DNA of 64,000 bases from a virus (IMGVR_UViG_3300025401_000648); one strand, 5' to 3'; counted from the stretch's first letter, positions 9,344 through 19,806 are shown. Made by a program: numbers and translations. Notes: generated by a model from the letters alone, not told the origin.

Positions 9344-10787
9344 AATCATTATCAAGGATGAAGTAAATGTTAAGATTGAAAATTTAGATCTTGACACACG
9401 CAAAGCCTTGGTTAAAAAATTCAAGTATGAAGACCCCACTGCTCGCTTCAGACCAGCCTATAAATTGGGTCGATGGGACGGCACAGTGAGCTTCTTTGGT
9501 CTTGGCGGAACAACCTACATGAGTATGCTTCCGCAGGTCTTAGAATACCTTGAGAGTAAGAATTTTTATATTGAATTAGAAGATCAGAGGTCTCCCATCT
9601 CCCTAGGATTTGACGAAATTTCCACGGATTTTTGGGGTGATTTGACATGGCCCGAAGGACATAGATTTGCTGGTCAACCCATACGACTTAGAGAAGACCA
9701 AGTTGAAGTCATAAACATATTTTTAAAAAATCCACAATGTATTCAGGAAATTGCCACTGGTTTTGGTAAAACAATTACCACCGCAACTTTGAGTAAAATT
9801 TGTGAAAAATATGGTCGAACAATAACCATTGTGCCTAATAAAAGTTTGGTAGAACAAACACTAGAAGATTTTGTCAACTGTGGTTTAGACGTAGGCGTTT
9901 ATTATGGTGACAAGAAAGATTTAGATCGAACACACACAATTTGTACTTGGCAAAGTCTTAATATTTTAGATAAAAATACCAAAAATTGGGACGAAGTAGC
10001 CTCGGCAAAATTAGAGCTATTATTGGACAATGTTCAAACAGTCATGGTAGATGAAGTACACATGGCCAAGGCAGAAGTGTTGAAAAATCTATTGACACGC
10101 AATCTAGCCAAAGCACCAATACGTTGGGGTTTGACTGGTACTATACCCAAGGCCGACCACGAATTTCAAAGCATCAAGGCCAGCCTAGGTGAGGTGGTTA
10201 ACCATGTACATGCTCATGAATTACAGGAAGCAGGTGTATTAAGTAACTGCCATGTGAACATTGTACAAACTGCCGAATGGAAAGAGTTTGGCGCATACGC
10301 AGAAGAATTAAAATATTTGGTCACTGATGATAATCGTATCTCTTATATCTGTGATCTAATACAAGGAATAGCGGAAACTGGGAACACCCTGGTACTAGTT
10401 GGTCGAATAGAGTCTGGAAAGACCATGGTCGAAAAAATGCCTGGAAGTGTTTTTATTAGTGGTGAAGTAAAAACCAAAGATCGAAAGGCAGAATATGACG
10501 AAGTTAAGACTGTTGACAACAAGATTATTGTGGCAACTTACGGTGTGGCCGCTGTGGGTATTAATATTCCTCGGATTTTTCATCTGGTTCTCATTGAGCC
10601 CGGTAAGAGCTTTGTCCGCGTTATACAATCAATTGGACGCGGTATTCGGAAAGCCGACGACAAAGACTTCGTACAGATCTGGGATATCACGGCGGCGTCA
10701 AAATATGCCAAGAGACACCTCACTGAACGCAAACGCTATTACAAGGAAGCGAAATATCCTTTCACAATTCAAAAGGTCAAATATTAA
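9324..10787 (+). CDS. uvsW: SF2 DNA helicase UvsW
   Basis: ATGFGKT, DEVH, GLTGT, SF2 motif QSIGRGIR. Confidence 0.92.
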   Translation: MTLTTCKIIIKDEVNVKIENLDLDTRKALVKKFKYEDPTARFRPAYKLGRWDGTVSFFGLGGTTYMSMLPQVLEYLESKNFYIELEDQRSPISLGFDEISTDFWGDLTWPEGHRFAGQPIRLREDQVEVINIFLKNPQCIQEIATGFGKTITTATLSKICEKYGRTITIVPNKSLVEQTLEDFVNCGLDVGVYYGDKKDLDRTHTICTWQSLNILDKNTKNWDEVASAKLELLLDNVQTVMVDEVHMAKAEVLKNLLTRNLAKAPIRWGLTGTIPKADHEFQSIKASLGEVVNHVHAHELQEAGVLSNCHVNIVQTAEWKEFGAYAEELKYLVTDDNRISYICDLIQGIAETGNTLVLVGRIESGKTMVEKMPGSVFISGEVKTKDRKAEYDEVKTVDNKIIVATYGVAAVGINIPRIFHLVLIEPGKSFVRVIQSIGRGIRKADDKDFVQIWDITAASKYAKRHLTERKRYYKEAKYPFTIQKVKY

Positions 10788-10789
10788 TA

Positions 10790-11293
10790 ATGCAAATACT
10801 AACAATAGAAAACGAAACGTTTTATCTGAATGAACTTCCAGACGAAATAGATGAAGACATGCGATTTGCTGTTATGGATAACAGCGATAGCTCCAATCCA
10901 GATCACTTGTTTGTACCACTGATCTTTTTAGAAAGTTTTACAGGGCCAGCTGTGGTGTTGAAGATTGGACCGCATGAACTTACCATGCCATTAGATTGGT
11001 GTACCATCGTAGGTGATCCAGAAGGTCCAGAAATGGAAGTGTTGCCATTGACTAGTCTTAACGATCGAGGGTTTAAAACATTTTGTTTCAATCCACGCAG
11101 TAGTTTTAGACCAGAATTTTTAGACATTGATATTATTGATGTTTATCAAGACGTCAAATGGTACTTTCCTAAAATGCGTCCGGGACAACTGCTGTGTACG
11201 CCATTGGAAAAAGGCCCCAAACCACGCTGTGCTTATTTTGTCAAAGAAGTTAGTCGTCAAAGTGAGATTGTAGATTATACTAAATGTTGGTAA
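10790..11293 (+). CDS. Hypothetical protein
   Basis: 167-aa ORF tightly coupled to uvsW. Confidence 0.7.
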   Translation: MQILTIENETFYLNELPDEIDEDMRFAVMDNSDSSNPDHLFVPLIFLESFTGPAVVLKIGPHELTMPLDWCTIVGDPEGPEMEVLPLTSLNDRGFKTFCFNPRSSFRPEFLDIDIIDVYQDVKWYFPKMRPGQLLCTPLEKGPKPRCAYFVKEVSRQSEIVDYTKCW

Positions 11294-11294
11294 T

Positions 11295-11603
11295 ATGGGA
11301 AATCTTAAACCAGGCGCAACGTATATTCATGAACGTGTAGGTGATGTTGTCTACAGCAGAGAATTTGGTGCCGATCCCAGCACCAGACAGGTAGCTGGCT
11401 GGGATTACAATAAAGATGATCCAAATTTTGATCCCAGGACATCGGATGGCCGTACATTGATTGATCAGATGCGAGAAGACCAGTTATGGGGAGAAATTAG
11501 ACGTGCGGCGAAATCCAATCCCACTATACAAGAAGCCCTGGAACGTGTTAAAATAACTTATTACCTTAGCAAAGAATATGATGATCGATATGGCAGAAAA
11601 TAA
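11295..11603 (+). CDS. Hypothetical protein
   Basis: 102-aa ORF in operon. Confidence 0.7.
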   Translation: MGNLKPGATYIHERVGDVVYSREFGADPSTRQVAGWDYNKDDPNFDPRTSDGRTLIDQMREDQLWGEIRRAAKSNPTIQEALERVKITYYLSKEYDDRYGRK

Positions 11604-11799
11604 TTCAGTATTTGTTGTTGGCGACAATGAAGTAATTCATATCGATGCCTCCGGCAATATAGGTGTTAGTACTTGTAGTCCTGGAAAATATTTTACCGTG
11701 ACATTTCCGCCAGATCCAGAACCTTTGACTGAATGGTATAAAGATGCTGTAAAACAAAAAGGACTTGTTCCACATAAAAAGGAAAGAGATGGCAACTAA
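11578..11799 (+). CDS. Hypothetical protein
   Basis: Fills the gap between flanking genes with short overlaps. Confidence 0.45.
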   Translation: MMIDMAENNSVFVVGDNEVIHIDASGNIGVSTCSPGKYFTVTFPPDPEPLTEWYKDAVKQKGLVPHKKERDGN

Positions 11800-12280
11800 A
11801 AAGACAGCTAAACCAAAAAAAGAAAAATTACTGGAAATTGGTCGAGTAATGTCTGCCATTGACACTAAAAATTATGAATTTTACAACAACCTAACTCCGG
11901 AAGAACAAAAAGAGTTTAGCCCTTATCCCTTACTTCGATCTGTCAGCAACACCACAAGTAAAAATAGAGACCTACAGGAATGGTATGTAGAAATGACCAA
12001 TGAAATGGTCAATAAAAATTTCTTTGAACTAAATCATAAGCATCCTGGATTGATGTATAAGCTATACGCAACAGTAGGTACCGGCGGTACTACTTTTCAC
12101 GGATACTTACCATCCCTTAAGTATAAGTTTGATAAATTTGAAAAACTATTGGGTGAAATATACCCTGCTATGAAAGCTGATGAGATCAAAATGCTAGCCA
12201 GCATGATGGATAAAAATGACCGAGAAGAGTTGTTTGACAGCATGGGATTTGATAAGAAACAAAGGAAAGAATATGAGTAA
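11789..12280 (+). CDS. 62: Clamp-loader small subunit (T4 gp62-like)
   Basis: FSPY.LLR..S ... N.N.F....HP.L.Y pattern; start at ATG 11789 after GGA. Confidence 0.7.
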   Translation: MATKKTAKPKKEKLLEIGRVMSAIDTKNYEFYNNLTPEEQKEFSPYPLLRSVSNTTSKNRDLQEWYVEMTNEMVNKNFFELNHKHPGLMYKLYATVGTGGTTFHGYLPSLKYKFDKFEKLLGEIYPAMKADEIKMLASMMDKNDREELFDSMGFDKKQRKEYE

Positions 12281-12467
12281 AGAATTATGGACTGTATCAG
12301 TAAATAAAAATCATGAAGTTTACATCGTGTCAGATGATCACACTCATGACATAACAATGAAGGTTGAAGGTACTTTTGTCGAACTAGATGACCTTGTTTG
12401 GTTTGCCAGCAATTTGGCAAGAAAATTAAACGGAACATTAAATGATAGCGTTGGTGAATCAGTCTAA
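12273..12467 (+). CDS. Hypothetical protein
   Basis: ATG overlaps upstream stop; 64 aa. Confidence 0.55.
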   Translation: MSKELWTVSVNKNHEVYIVSDDHTHDITMKVEGTFVELDDLVWFASNLARKLNGTLNDSVGESV

Positions 12468-13137
12468 TAAGTGCGCTCATTGTGGCAAGGCATTTGTACA
12501 AGAAAAAACTCTTGTGGCTCATATGTGCGAAAGAAAACGCCGTGCGCTTCAAAAAAATGAAAAGAGAGTACAAGCTGGCTACATGGCATTTAATAGATTC
12601 TGGCAGTTGGCCCAAGGCGGAAAAAAGCTCAAAACCTATGAAGAATTTTGTGATACTGCCTACTATAATGCTTTTGTTAAATTTGGTTCTTTTATAAACA
12701 ATACTAATCCACTATATCCAGACAAATTTGTTGACTATGTGATTAAAAGCGGAATCAAATTGGATCACTGGTGTAGAGACGACTTATACGAAAAATATCT
12801 GTATGACACAATAAAGACAGAGCCGGTGGAATCCGCAGTACAACGAACCATACAAAATATGATGGAATGGGCCGACGAACACAAAGCACAATTTGAACAT
12901 TATTTCAATTATGTTAGTTTAAACAAAGCAGTACATGATATTAGAAACGGCAATATTAGCCCGTGGGTAATTTTAAATACCAACACTGGTAAAAAAATGA
13001 TACAGACAATGAGTGACGAACAGTTGGATATGATTGCTCCGGCTTTTGATGTTCCGTATTGGTTAAAAAGATTTAAAGAAGTGCCAGCAGATGTTGCGCT
13101 GGTAAAAGAAATTTGCGAAGAGGCAGGTATTATATGA
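12442..13137 (+). CDS. Hypothetical protein with N-terminal C2H2-like zinc finger
   Basis: CAHCGKAF......HMC motif. Confidence 0.7.
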   Translation: MIALVNQSNKCAHCGKAFVQEKTLVAHMCERKRRALQKNEKRVQAGYMAFNRFWQLAQGGKKLKTYEEFCDTAYYNAFVKFGSFINNTNPLYPDKFVDYVIKSGIKLDHWCRDDLYEKYLYDTIKTEPVESAVQRTIQNMMEWADEHKAQFEHYFNYVSLNKAVHDIRNGNISPWVILNTNTGKKMIQTMSDEQLDMIAPAFDVPYWLKRFKEVPADVALVKEICEEAGII

Positions 13138-13493
13138 CACAATTAAAAGGATTAGTTCCAAAAGGATGGGGCTCGGAATATATTTGGGCTACCAATGACA
13201 AGTACTGTGGAAAATTTATGAACTTTAACACAGGTGCTAAGTTTAGCATGCACTTTCATAAAGACAAAGAAGAAACATGGTATATACAATCAGGCAAGTT
13301 TATTATCCGTTGGATTGATACTATTAACGCAGAAGTTTACGAAAAAGAAGTACATGACGGTGCTGTGTGGCATAATCCTCCATGTATGCCACACCAAATT
13401 GAATGCCTAGAAGCGGGTACTGTCATTGAAGTAAGTACTCCGGACTCTGTTGAAGACAACTATCGTGTGGGTAAAGGTGACAGTCAAAAATGA
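13134..13493 (+). CDS. Cupin-fold protein (sugar-isomerase-like)
   Basis: KGWG.E, SMHFH..KEETW, PHQIECLE. Confidence 0.8.
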   Translation: MTQLKGLVPKGWGSEYIWATNDKYCGKFMNFNTGAKFSMHFHKDKEETWYIQSGKFIIRWIDTINAEVYEKEVHDGAVWHNPPCMPHQIECLEAGTVIEVSTPDSVEDNYRVGKGDSQK

Positions 13494-14257
13494 AAATTTT
13501 AATCACAGGATATAAGGGATTTATTGGCCAAAATATGGTCAATGCGCTCAAAGATGAACATGAATTAAGTTTTTATGAATGGGGAGATCAAGTTCCAGAA
13601 TTTGAAGGTCTTGACTGGTGTATTCATCTTGGTGCTATCAGTAGTACCAACGAAAAGAATGTGGAAAAGGTCATGCGACAAAATCATGACTTCAGTTGTA
13701 TGTTGCTTGTGGCTTGCCAAATCAACAAGGTAAATTTACAATACGCATCCAGTGCCAGTGTATATGGCATGGGTCCAAACTTCAGCGAGGATGGCGAACT
13801 AAGTCCGCAAAGTCCTTATGCTTGGAGCAAATATTTGTTTGATAGACATGTCAAATCACAAAAATTTGACAACATTATTGTACAAGGGTTTCGATATTTT
13901 AATGTCTACGGTCCACACGAAGATCACAAGGATCAACCGAGCCCGCATCACAAATTTACCAAGCAAGCAGAAACAACTGGTGTGATTAAATTGTTTGAAG
14001 GTAGCGAAAATTTTAAACGTGATTTTGTGCCAGTGAGTGAAGTAATCAACATACACAAGAAATTTTTTGATGTTAAAGAAACTGGTATATGGAATGTGGG
14101 CACTGGCAAACCTCAATCATTTCAGCATATAGCAGAAACTATTGCTGAAGGTATGGAAGCACGGATTGAATATATTCCAATGCCTGATGATATCAAGTCA
14201 CAGTACCAAAAATACACCTGTGCCGACTTAACCAAGTTACGGAAATATTATCCATGA
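13490..14257 (+). CDS. hldD: ADP-L-glycero-D-manno-heptose 6-epimerase
   Basis: TGYKGFIG, YASSASVYG, YAWSK (YxxxK), FRYFNVYGPHEDHK. Confidence 0.85.
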   Translation: MKILITGYKGFIGQNMVNALKDEHELSFYEWGDQVPEFEGLDWCIHLGAISSTNEKNVEKVMRQNHDFSCMLLVACQINKVNLQYASSASVYGMGPNFSEDGELSPQSPYAWSKYLFDRHVKSQKFDNIIVQGFRYFNVYGPHEDHKDQPSPHHKFTKQAETTGVIKLFEGSENFKRDFVPVSEVINIHKKFFDVKETGIWNVGTGKPQSFQHIAETIAEGMEARIEYIPMPDDIKSQYQKYTCADLTKLRKYYP

Positions 14258-14655
14258 CCACGGTAATGGTTAACGGAACATTTGATATTTTGCATCCTGG
14301 ACATGTGGCGTTGTTAAACACTGCCCGTAGTTATGGTGATTATCTTGTTGTGGCAATAGACACAGATCGACGTGTTAAAGAACTTAAAGGCCACAAAAGA
14401 CCAATCAACAATCAAAATTTTAGACGTACTATGTTATCAAATCTTAAAGCTGTGGATGTTGTAGAATTTTTTGATAGTACAGAAGAATTAATTGAACTGA
14501 TGAAAATGTATAAACCAGATGTGTATGTCAAGGGTAGTGACTGGAAAACGGACACACAATCCACAGCACATCAATATTGTAAGGAAGTAGTTTATTATGA
14601 CAGAGTTGGCGACTATTCAACCAGCAAGATCATTCAAGATATTATTATTGGGTGA
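14254..14655 (+). CDS. hldC: Heptose-1-phosphate adenylyltransferase (RfaE domain II / HldC-like)
   Basis: NGTFDILHPGH (HxGH), KG..RPIN, YVKGSDW. Confidence 0.85.
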   Translation: MTTVMVNGTFDILHPGHVALLNTARSYGDYLVVAIDTDRRVKELKGHKRPINNQNFRRTMLSNLKAVDVVEFFDSTEELIELMKMYKPDVYVKGSDWKTDTQSTAHQYCKEVVYYDRVGDYSTSKIIQDIIIG

Positions 14656-15382
14656 CAGTTGTACTGACGAGTACTATATAGGTACTTGCGATAGACTAAA
14701 TCCCGAAGCACCTGTTCCCATTATGAATATTCGGGACCACTATACCACACCGGGTATGGCCAGTAATGTATATAAAAATTTAACCACATTAGGTTGCAAA
14801 GTTGATTTTATTACCAATGCGGAAACAATTACAAAGACACGTTACATTGATAAAAAATCTGGTCAACATTTATTAAGAGTAGATAATGACTGTGAACTAA
14901 CTCCCTGGAGTGGCCGCACTACACTACCTTTAGAAACTTATGATGCCATTGTAATGAGCGATTACAATAAAGGATTTTTAACATATTCAGAAATGCAACA
15001 TGTATGTAGATCGTTTGATGGCCCAATTTTTATTGACACCAAAAAAACAGACCTAAGACGATTTAATCCTGCTTTTATCAAAATTAATGAATTAGAATAT
15101 AGCAAACGAACTAGCGAAGCCAGTAATATGATTATTACTCTAGGTGGACGAGGTGCTATGTATAAAAAAGATTTTCTAACAGCGGTTTACGATGGATACC
15201 CTGCCGAAATAGTGGATGTATGCGGATGTGGTGATACCTTTTTATCAGCATTGACTTATCAATACCTAATGACAAAGGATATAGATAGTGCTATAATATT
15301 TGCTAATGCCGCGGCCAGTATCACAGTACAACACCGAGGAAATTATGCCCCAACATTGGACGAAATAAATGCCAGACATTGA
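14597..15382 (+). CDS. hldA: Heptose-7-phosphate kinase (RfaE domain I / HldA-like, PfkB fold)
   Basis: GD...DEY..G..RL.PEAPVP, SDYNKG, DVCGCGDTF. Confidence 0.85.
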   Translation: MTELATIQPARSFKILLLGDSCTDEYYIGTCDRLNPEAPVPIMNIRDHYTTPGMASNVYKNLTTLGCKVDFITNAETITKTRYIDKKSGQHLLRVDNDCELTPWSGRTTLPLETYDAIVMSDYNKGFLTYSEMQHVCRSFDGPIFIDTKKTDLRRFNPAFIKINELEYSKRTSEASNMIITLGGRGAMYKKDFLTAVYDGYPAEIVDVCGCGDTFLSALTYQYLMTKDIDSAIIFANAAASITVQHRGNYAPTLDEINARH

Positions 15383-15938
15383 TATCGATTTTGCCGATAG
15401 AACGCAGATACTTGATGTAATTAAACATGTACCAGCAACCATCGACGGAGTCAAAAAACACAATACAGGAATTTATGTACAGGAGATTCCAGTTAATCCA
15501 TTGACTGGACAATCCAGTATTGAATATAAGATCGCTGAAGCAAGGGGCTATTTTAAGATAGATTTTTTGAATGTCAGCATATATAAAGACATCAAAAATG
15601 AAGAACATTTAAACACATTACTATCAACGGAGCCATTATGGGATCTACTAGAACAAGAAGAATTCACGAATCTCTTATTTCACGTGAATGGTCACGGGCA
15701 CATCTTGAAGACGCTGAAACCGAAAACAATAGAAGAGCTCGCGGCCTGCTTGGCAATAATACGCCCAGCAAAAAAACACCTCTTAGACAAGAGCTGGAAC
15801 GACATATTCGCAGAAGTATGGACGAAGCCGACGACTGACGACTATTATTTTAAAAAAGCACACGCTGTGGCCTACGCAATGGCTATAGTTGTTCAAATGA
15901 ATTTGATCTGTGAGAGAATTAGCTACGAATACTCTTAG
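15369..15938 (+). CDS. Miniature DNA polymerase III alpha (DnaE)-like protein
   Basis: PDIDIDF, KHNTG, KIDFLN, LAIIRP, FKKAHAVAYA match DnaE motifs in order within 189 aa. Confidence 0.8.
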   Translation: MPDIDIDFADRTQILDVIKHVPATIDGVKKHNTGIYVQEIPVNPLTGQSSIEYKIAEARGYFKIDFLNVSIYKDIKNEEHLNTLLSTEPLWDLLEQEEFTNLLFHVNGHGHILKTLKPKTIEELAACLAIIRPAKKHLLDKSWNDIFAEVWTKPTTDDYYFKKAHAVAYAMAIVVQMNLICERISYEYS

Positions 15939-16302
15939 GAGTTCTAACCAGTTGAATTGATTTGCGTTTGATCCGCTTTTCCGCAATCTCTCTTAAATTA
16001 ACACTGGGTCCAAAGATTAGTTCAACATCTTTGCTGTTAAAAGTTTTAATGGTATACTTGAACAACTGCATTTGTTGTTTAAGGAAAATATTAATGGGAA
16101 TTCTACGATTGCTTTCCCACCACCAAGTTTCTCCCATTTCTAAAAAAAGCTGTCGTTCTGCGGAGGTTTTGATCAGTGAAATGTCGTAGATAGTGGCCAC
16201 GTATTCGTCAAAATTTATTATGATTCCGACATACTCTGTATTATTTGATTTGATACAGGAAACAAAGGGATAGTTTTCTTGGAAGGTTTCTGGGGTTACC
16301 AT
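15919..16302 (-). CDS. Hypothetical protein
   Basis: 127-aa ORF, divergent from 16320. Confidence 0.65.
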   Translation of the reverse strand: MVTPETFQENYPFVSCIKSNNTEYVGIIINFDEYVATIYDISLIKTSAERQLFLEMGETWWWESNRRIPINIFLKQQMQLFKYTIKTFNSKDVELIFGPSVNLREIAEKRIKRKSIQLVRTPKSIRS

Positions 16303-16308
16303 TATTAA

Positions 16309-16314
16309 TAAATA
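16309..16314 (+). promoter_or_regulatory. Late promoter box TAAATA
   Basis: 5 nt before ATG 16320. Confidence 0.6.
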
Positions 16315-16319
16315 CTCTT

Positions 16320-17363
16320 ATGCAAAGTTTACCAATCTATTTATATCCAAATATACTCGAGGTCATATTAGATTTGGATCCAACTACTCGAGGAGTCAAT
16401 CAGGTTATGTATCAACGTGAACTAACAATACAAAAAGGTATTAAAAACAATATAAGAATACAATTTAAGAACAGCGACCAAAAATTGGTAACTGTGTCTA
16501 GTAGTTCCGTGTTTGTGTTTAACATGTTTGATGCCACAACTCAAAGACAGTTGTTGAGAAAACAATTAACAATCTTAGATGATACAATGTTGGCAAATAC
16601 TTCAGCAGATCAACCTGTGACTGGCAATACATTGACATTTACCAACACCAATGGCATTGCTATAGGACAGACTGTAAGTGGTTTTGGAATAACACCAAAT
16701 AGCACAGTGGTCAACGTATCAACTAACACTGTCACCTTGAACCATTTGACAACCTATCCAGTATCTTCCTCAACTTCATTGACTGTTGCAACTCTAGCTC
16801 TACGTGGGACCGCACAACTATCACTAACTGAAAGCGACACATTAGGTTTAGATATAGGGCCTTATCAGTACTCGGTGACCTACATGGATATGACTGATGG
16901 CACATTTTTACCCACATATTCTAACACCTATTACAATGTTGCTGGTATAGTAAATGTGGCACAAGATGCGTACCCTGTACTTCAGCCCAGTCAGGAAATC
17001 ACTGCTTTCTTAAAAACCTATAATTCTCATACTCAGTTATATGAATGGAAAAGCGGCAATGTCTATGCCTATCCAGAGTATAATTCAAACTCAGCTCTTC
17101 AAACCGCGGCCATGTACATGACCAATTTCCGAGGACAAGTGTTTATCCAAGGCACATTAAGCAATCAACCAGACAGTTACAACAAATACTTTACCATCGC
17201 TGCCAATACCTATAATGGGTTCAGTGGAGTTGACTATGTGAATTTCAACGGTATCTATTCTTATATTAGAATCATGTATATCCCTACCAAAGGCCCTTTG
17301 GATTCGGACAACACAGACACTGCTTACTCCGGAACCTTTGACAAAGTCCTATATAGAAGTTAA
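16320..17363 (+). CDS. Probable virion structural protein
   Basis: T/N/S-rich beta-type composition; late promoter. Confidence 0.55.
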   Translation: MQSLPIYLYPNILEVILDLDPTTRGVNQVMYQRELTIQKGIKNNIRIQFKNSDQKLVTVSSSSVFVFNMFDATTQRQLLRKQLTILDDTMLANTSADQPVTGNTLTFTNTNGIAIGQTVSGFGITPNSTVVNVSTNTVTLNHLTTYPVSSSTSLTVATLALRGTAQLSLTESDTLGLDIGPYQYSVTYMDMTDGTFLPTYSNTYYNVAGIVNVAQDAYPVLQPSQEITAFLKTYNSHTQLYEWKSGNVYAYPEYNSNSALQTAAMYMTNFRGQVFIQGTLSNQPDSYNKYFTIAANTYNGFSGVDYVNFNGIYSYIRIMYIPTKGPLDSDNTDTAYSGTFDKVLYRS

Positions 17364-17372
17364 ACTTAATAG

Positions 17373-18371
17373 ATGAATGACATACAGTCGACTCTATTAA
17401 CATTACTGCCTCCAAAAAGAAAATCTACACCCAGTGGATGGACTAGCTTTGATGCTGTGTGTTGCCATAACAATGGAAATACTCGAGACACTAGAAAACG
17501 TGGCGGAGTACTAATAAATTCAGATGGCGGATTTCAGTATCACTGCTTTAACTGTAATTTCAAAGCGGGCTGGACTCCGGGCAAACTATTAAGTAAAAAT
17601 ACCAAAAATTTATTCAAGTGGTTGGGCCTATCTGAATCTGATATTGGCAAGTTAGGGTTGGCCGCTCTTAAAATCAAAGACGATCAACCTGTAATCAAAC
17701 GTCCGCTAAATTTTGTATTGGAAGAAAGACCGCTACCTGATGATTGTTTATCCATCGATACCTGGGTAGCAGAAGATTGTCAAGATCCAGAACTGCTGGC
17801 TGTAATTGAATATATTGTATCAACTCGCAAAATGTCTTGGGATTGGTATGATTGGCATTGGAGTGCCACCCCCGGTTATAGAGACCGTGTGATTATTCCG
17901 TTTTATCATGAAGGTAAAATTGTGGGTTATACTGGGCGCAAAATAACAGACGGTAAGCCCAAGTATTTGACTGATGCTCAACCAGGATATGTGTTCAATA
18001 TAGATGCTCAGATCAACAATAGGCAGTATACTATAGTTGTAGAAGGACAGTTTGATGCTATTGCTATTCAAGGATGTGCTATAGGTCATAATGAGCCTAA
18101 CGAAACTCAGATCATGCGGATTAACGCATTGAATCGTGAAGTTATAGTTGTGCCAGATCGAGATCGCCCAGGTGCCAAGATGATAAAAACAGCCATTGAA
18201 CAAGGATGGAGTGTGAGCTTGCCCCCTTGGGAAGATGACATCAAGGATGTGGCTGATGCTGTAAAAAGATATGGAAGACTGTATACCTTAACCACAATTT
18301 TAAAGTACAAAGTGTCAGGCGAGATAAATTTACATCTATTAAAGAAGAAACTAGAGAATGTCGAAGAATAA
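17373..18371 (+). CDS. 61: DNA primase (gp61-like)
   Basis: Zn-binding C..C..N...HCFNC, RVIIPF, YTGR, TOPRIM VVEGQFDA and PDRD. Confidence 0.88.
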   Translation: MNDIQSTLLTLLPPKRKSTPSGWTSFDAVCCHNNGNTRDTRKRGGVLINSDGGFQYHCFNCNFKAGWTPGKLLSKNTKNLFKWLGLSESDIGKLGLAALKIKDDQPVIKRPLNFVLEERPLPDDCLSIDTWVAEDCQDPELLAVIEYIVSTRKMSWDWYDWHWSATPGYRDRVIIPFYHEGKIVGYTGRKITDGKPKYLTDAQPGYVFNIDAQINNRQYTIVVEGQFDAIAIQGCAIGHNEPNETQIMRINALNREVIVVPDRDRPGAKMIKTAIEQGWSVSLPPWEDDIKDVADAVKRYGRLYTLTTILKYKVSGEINLHLLKKKLENVEE

Positions 18372-19806
18372 ACAACCAAAACCCAATTACGATTACAACA
18401 TGCAACGGCTCTACTTGGAAATGTTTCTAAGTGATGCTGAAACTTTTATCAGATGCCAAAATATTTTTGATCCTGAAAACTTTGATCAAAAATTACAAAC
18501 AGCCGCTGAATTTATTACCAAATATGTAGATGAATATAAGGTCATGCCTGAAGTCAGTATTGTTAATGCCAGTACAAGAAGTGACTTTGCCTCAGTGACT
18601 TTGGAACGTGAAAACTATGACTGGCTGTTAAATGAATTTGAGCAGTTCAGTAGACACAAAGGCTTAGAGCGAGCAATTATTGCTTCTAGCGATTTATTGG
18701 AAACTGGTGATTATGGCCCAGTGGAAAAATTGATCAAAGATGCTATACAGGTTAGCCTTAGCAGAGACATGGGCACTGACTATTTTGCTGATCCTAGAAG
18801 CCGACTGAGCAAGCTCAAAGACAATAATGGACAAATTAGCACAGGATGGCCCAGCATTGATAAGAAATTGTATGGTGGATTTAACCGTGGCGAGTTGAAT
18901 ATTTTCTGTGCTGGATCAGGTGGCGGTAAGAGTTTGTTCTTGGCCAATATGGGTGTTAACTGGGCCTTGGCCGGATTAAATGTTATCTACTTGACATTTG
19001 AATTGAGTGAAGGCTTGGTCAGTATGCGATTAGATAGTATGACTACTGGCATTAGTACTAGAGACATTTTCCGTAACATTGATGATGTGGAACTCAAGGT
19101 TAAAATGCTGGAAAAACGCAGTGGACACCTACAAGTTAAGTATATGCCTAGTGGTAAAAATTGTAACGATATTCGGGCCTATTTGAAGGAATATCAGATC
19201 AAAACAGGGGTAAAACCAGACGTTTTACTCATAGATTACCTCGATTTAATGATGCCTTTGTCAGTGAAGGTAAGTCCCAGCGATTTGTTTGTTAAAGACA
19301 AATATGTGTCAGAAGAGATTCGTAATTTGGCCATGGAAACACAATGTATTACGGTAACGGCTAGTCAGTTGAATCGTAGTGCTGTGGAAGAAATTGAGTT
19401 TGACCATAGTCATATTTCGGGTGGTTTGAGTAAGATCATGACAGCAGATAACGTGATTGGTATCTTTACAAGTCGTGCTATGAAGGAACGTGGACGCTAT
19501 CAAATCCAGTTTATGAAGACACGTAGTTCAAGCGGTGTGGGACAAAAAGTTGAATTAGAGTTTAACTTGGATACATTACGCATTACTGACTGTGAAGAAG
19601 AACAGGAAGGCAGTTTTAATCAACAGCGTCAGAACAGTCCATCAAATAGTGTTATTGATGGGCTAAAACGTACTAGTCAAGTCAGCACTAGCACTGAACG
19701 AAGTGATCCTAAAGAAGGCTTTGATTTTAGTAAGTTGCCCAAGCCGCGGACAAATGCTCCAGCAATTAGAAGTATGATCAGTAGTCTAAATCCAGAAAAG
19801 GATTAA
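18358..19806 (+). CDS. 41: Replicative DNA helicase (gp41/DnaB-like)
   Basis: ISTGW, Walker A GSGGGKS, FELSE, IDYLDL, TASQLNR, K.R. Confidence 0.92.
   Translation: MSKNKQPKPNYDYNMQRLYLEMFLSDAETFIRCQNIFDPENFDQKLQTAAEFITKYVDEYKVMPEVSIVNASTRSDFASVTLERENYDWLLNEFEQFSRHKGLERAIIASSDLLETGDYGPVEKLIKDAIQVSLSRDMGTDYFADPRSRLSKLKDNNGQISTGWPSIDKKLYGGFNRGELNIFCAGSGGGKSLFLANMGVNWALAGLNVIYLTFELSEGLVSMRLDSMTTGISTRDIFRNIDDVELKVKMLEKRSGHLQVKYMPSGKNCNDIRAYLKEYQIKTGVKPDVLLIDYLDLMMPLSVKVSPSDLFVKDKYVSEEIRNLAMETQCITVTASQLNRSAVEEIEFDHSHISGGLSKIMTADNVIGIFTSRAMKERGRYQIQFMKTRSSSGVGQKVELEFNLDTLRITDCEEEQEGSFNQQRQNSPSNSVIDGLKRTSQVSTSTERSDPKEGFDFSKLPKPRTNAPAIRSMISSLNPEKD

Noticed and set aside
15369-15938. Mini-DnaE as a pseudogene fragment
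   Set aside because: Motifs from across the whole palm are condensed in order in one clean ORF with coupled start, unlike a truncation; kept as a finding
1467-19806. Inteins or introns in terminase, UvsX, primase or helicase
   Set aside because: Lengths are normal and motifs are contiguous; no C...HN splice junctions or interrupted frames
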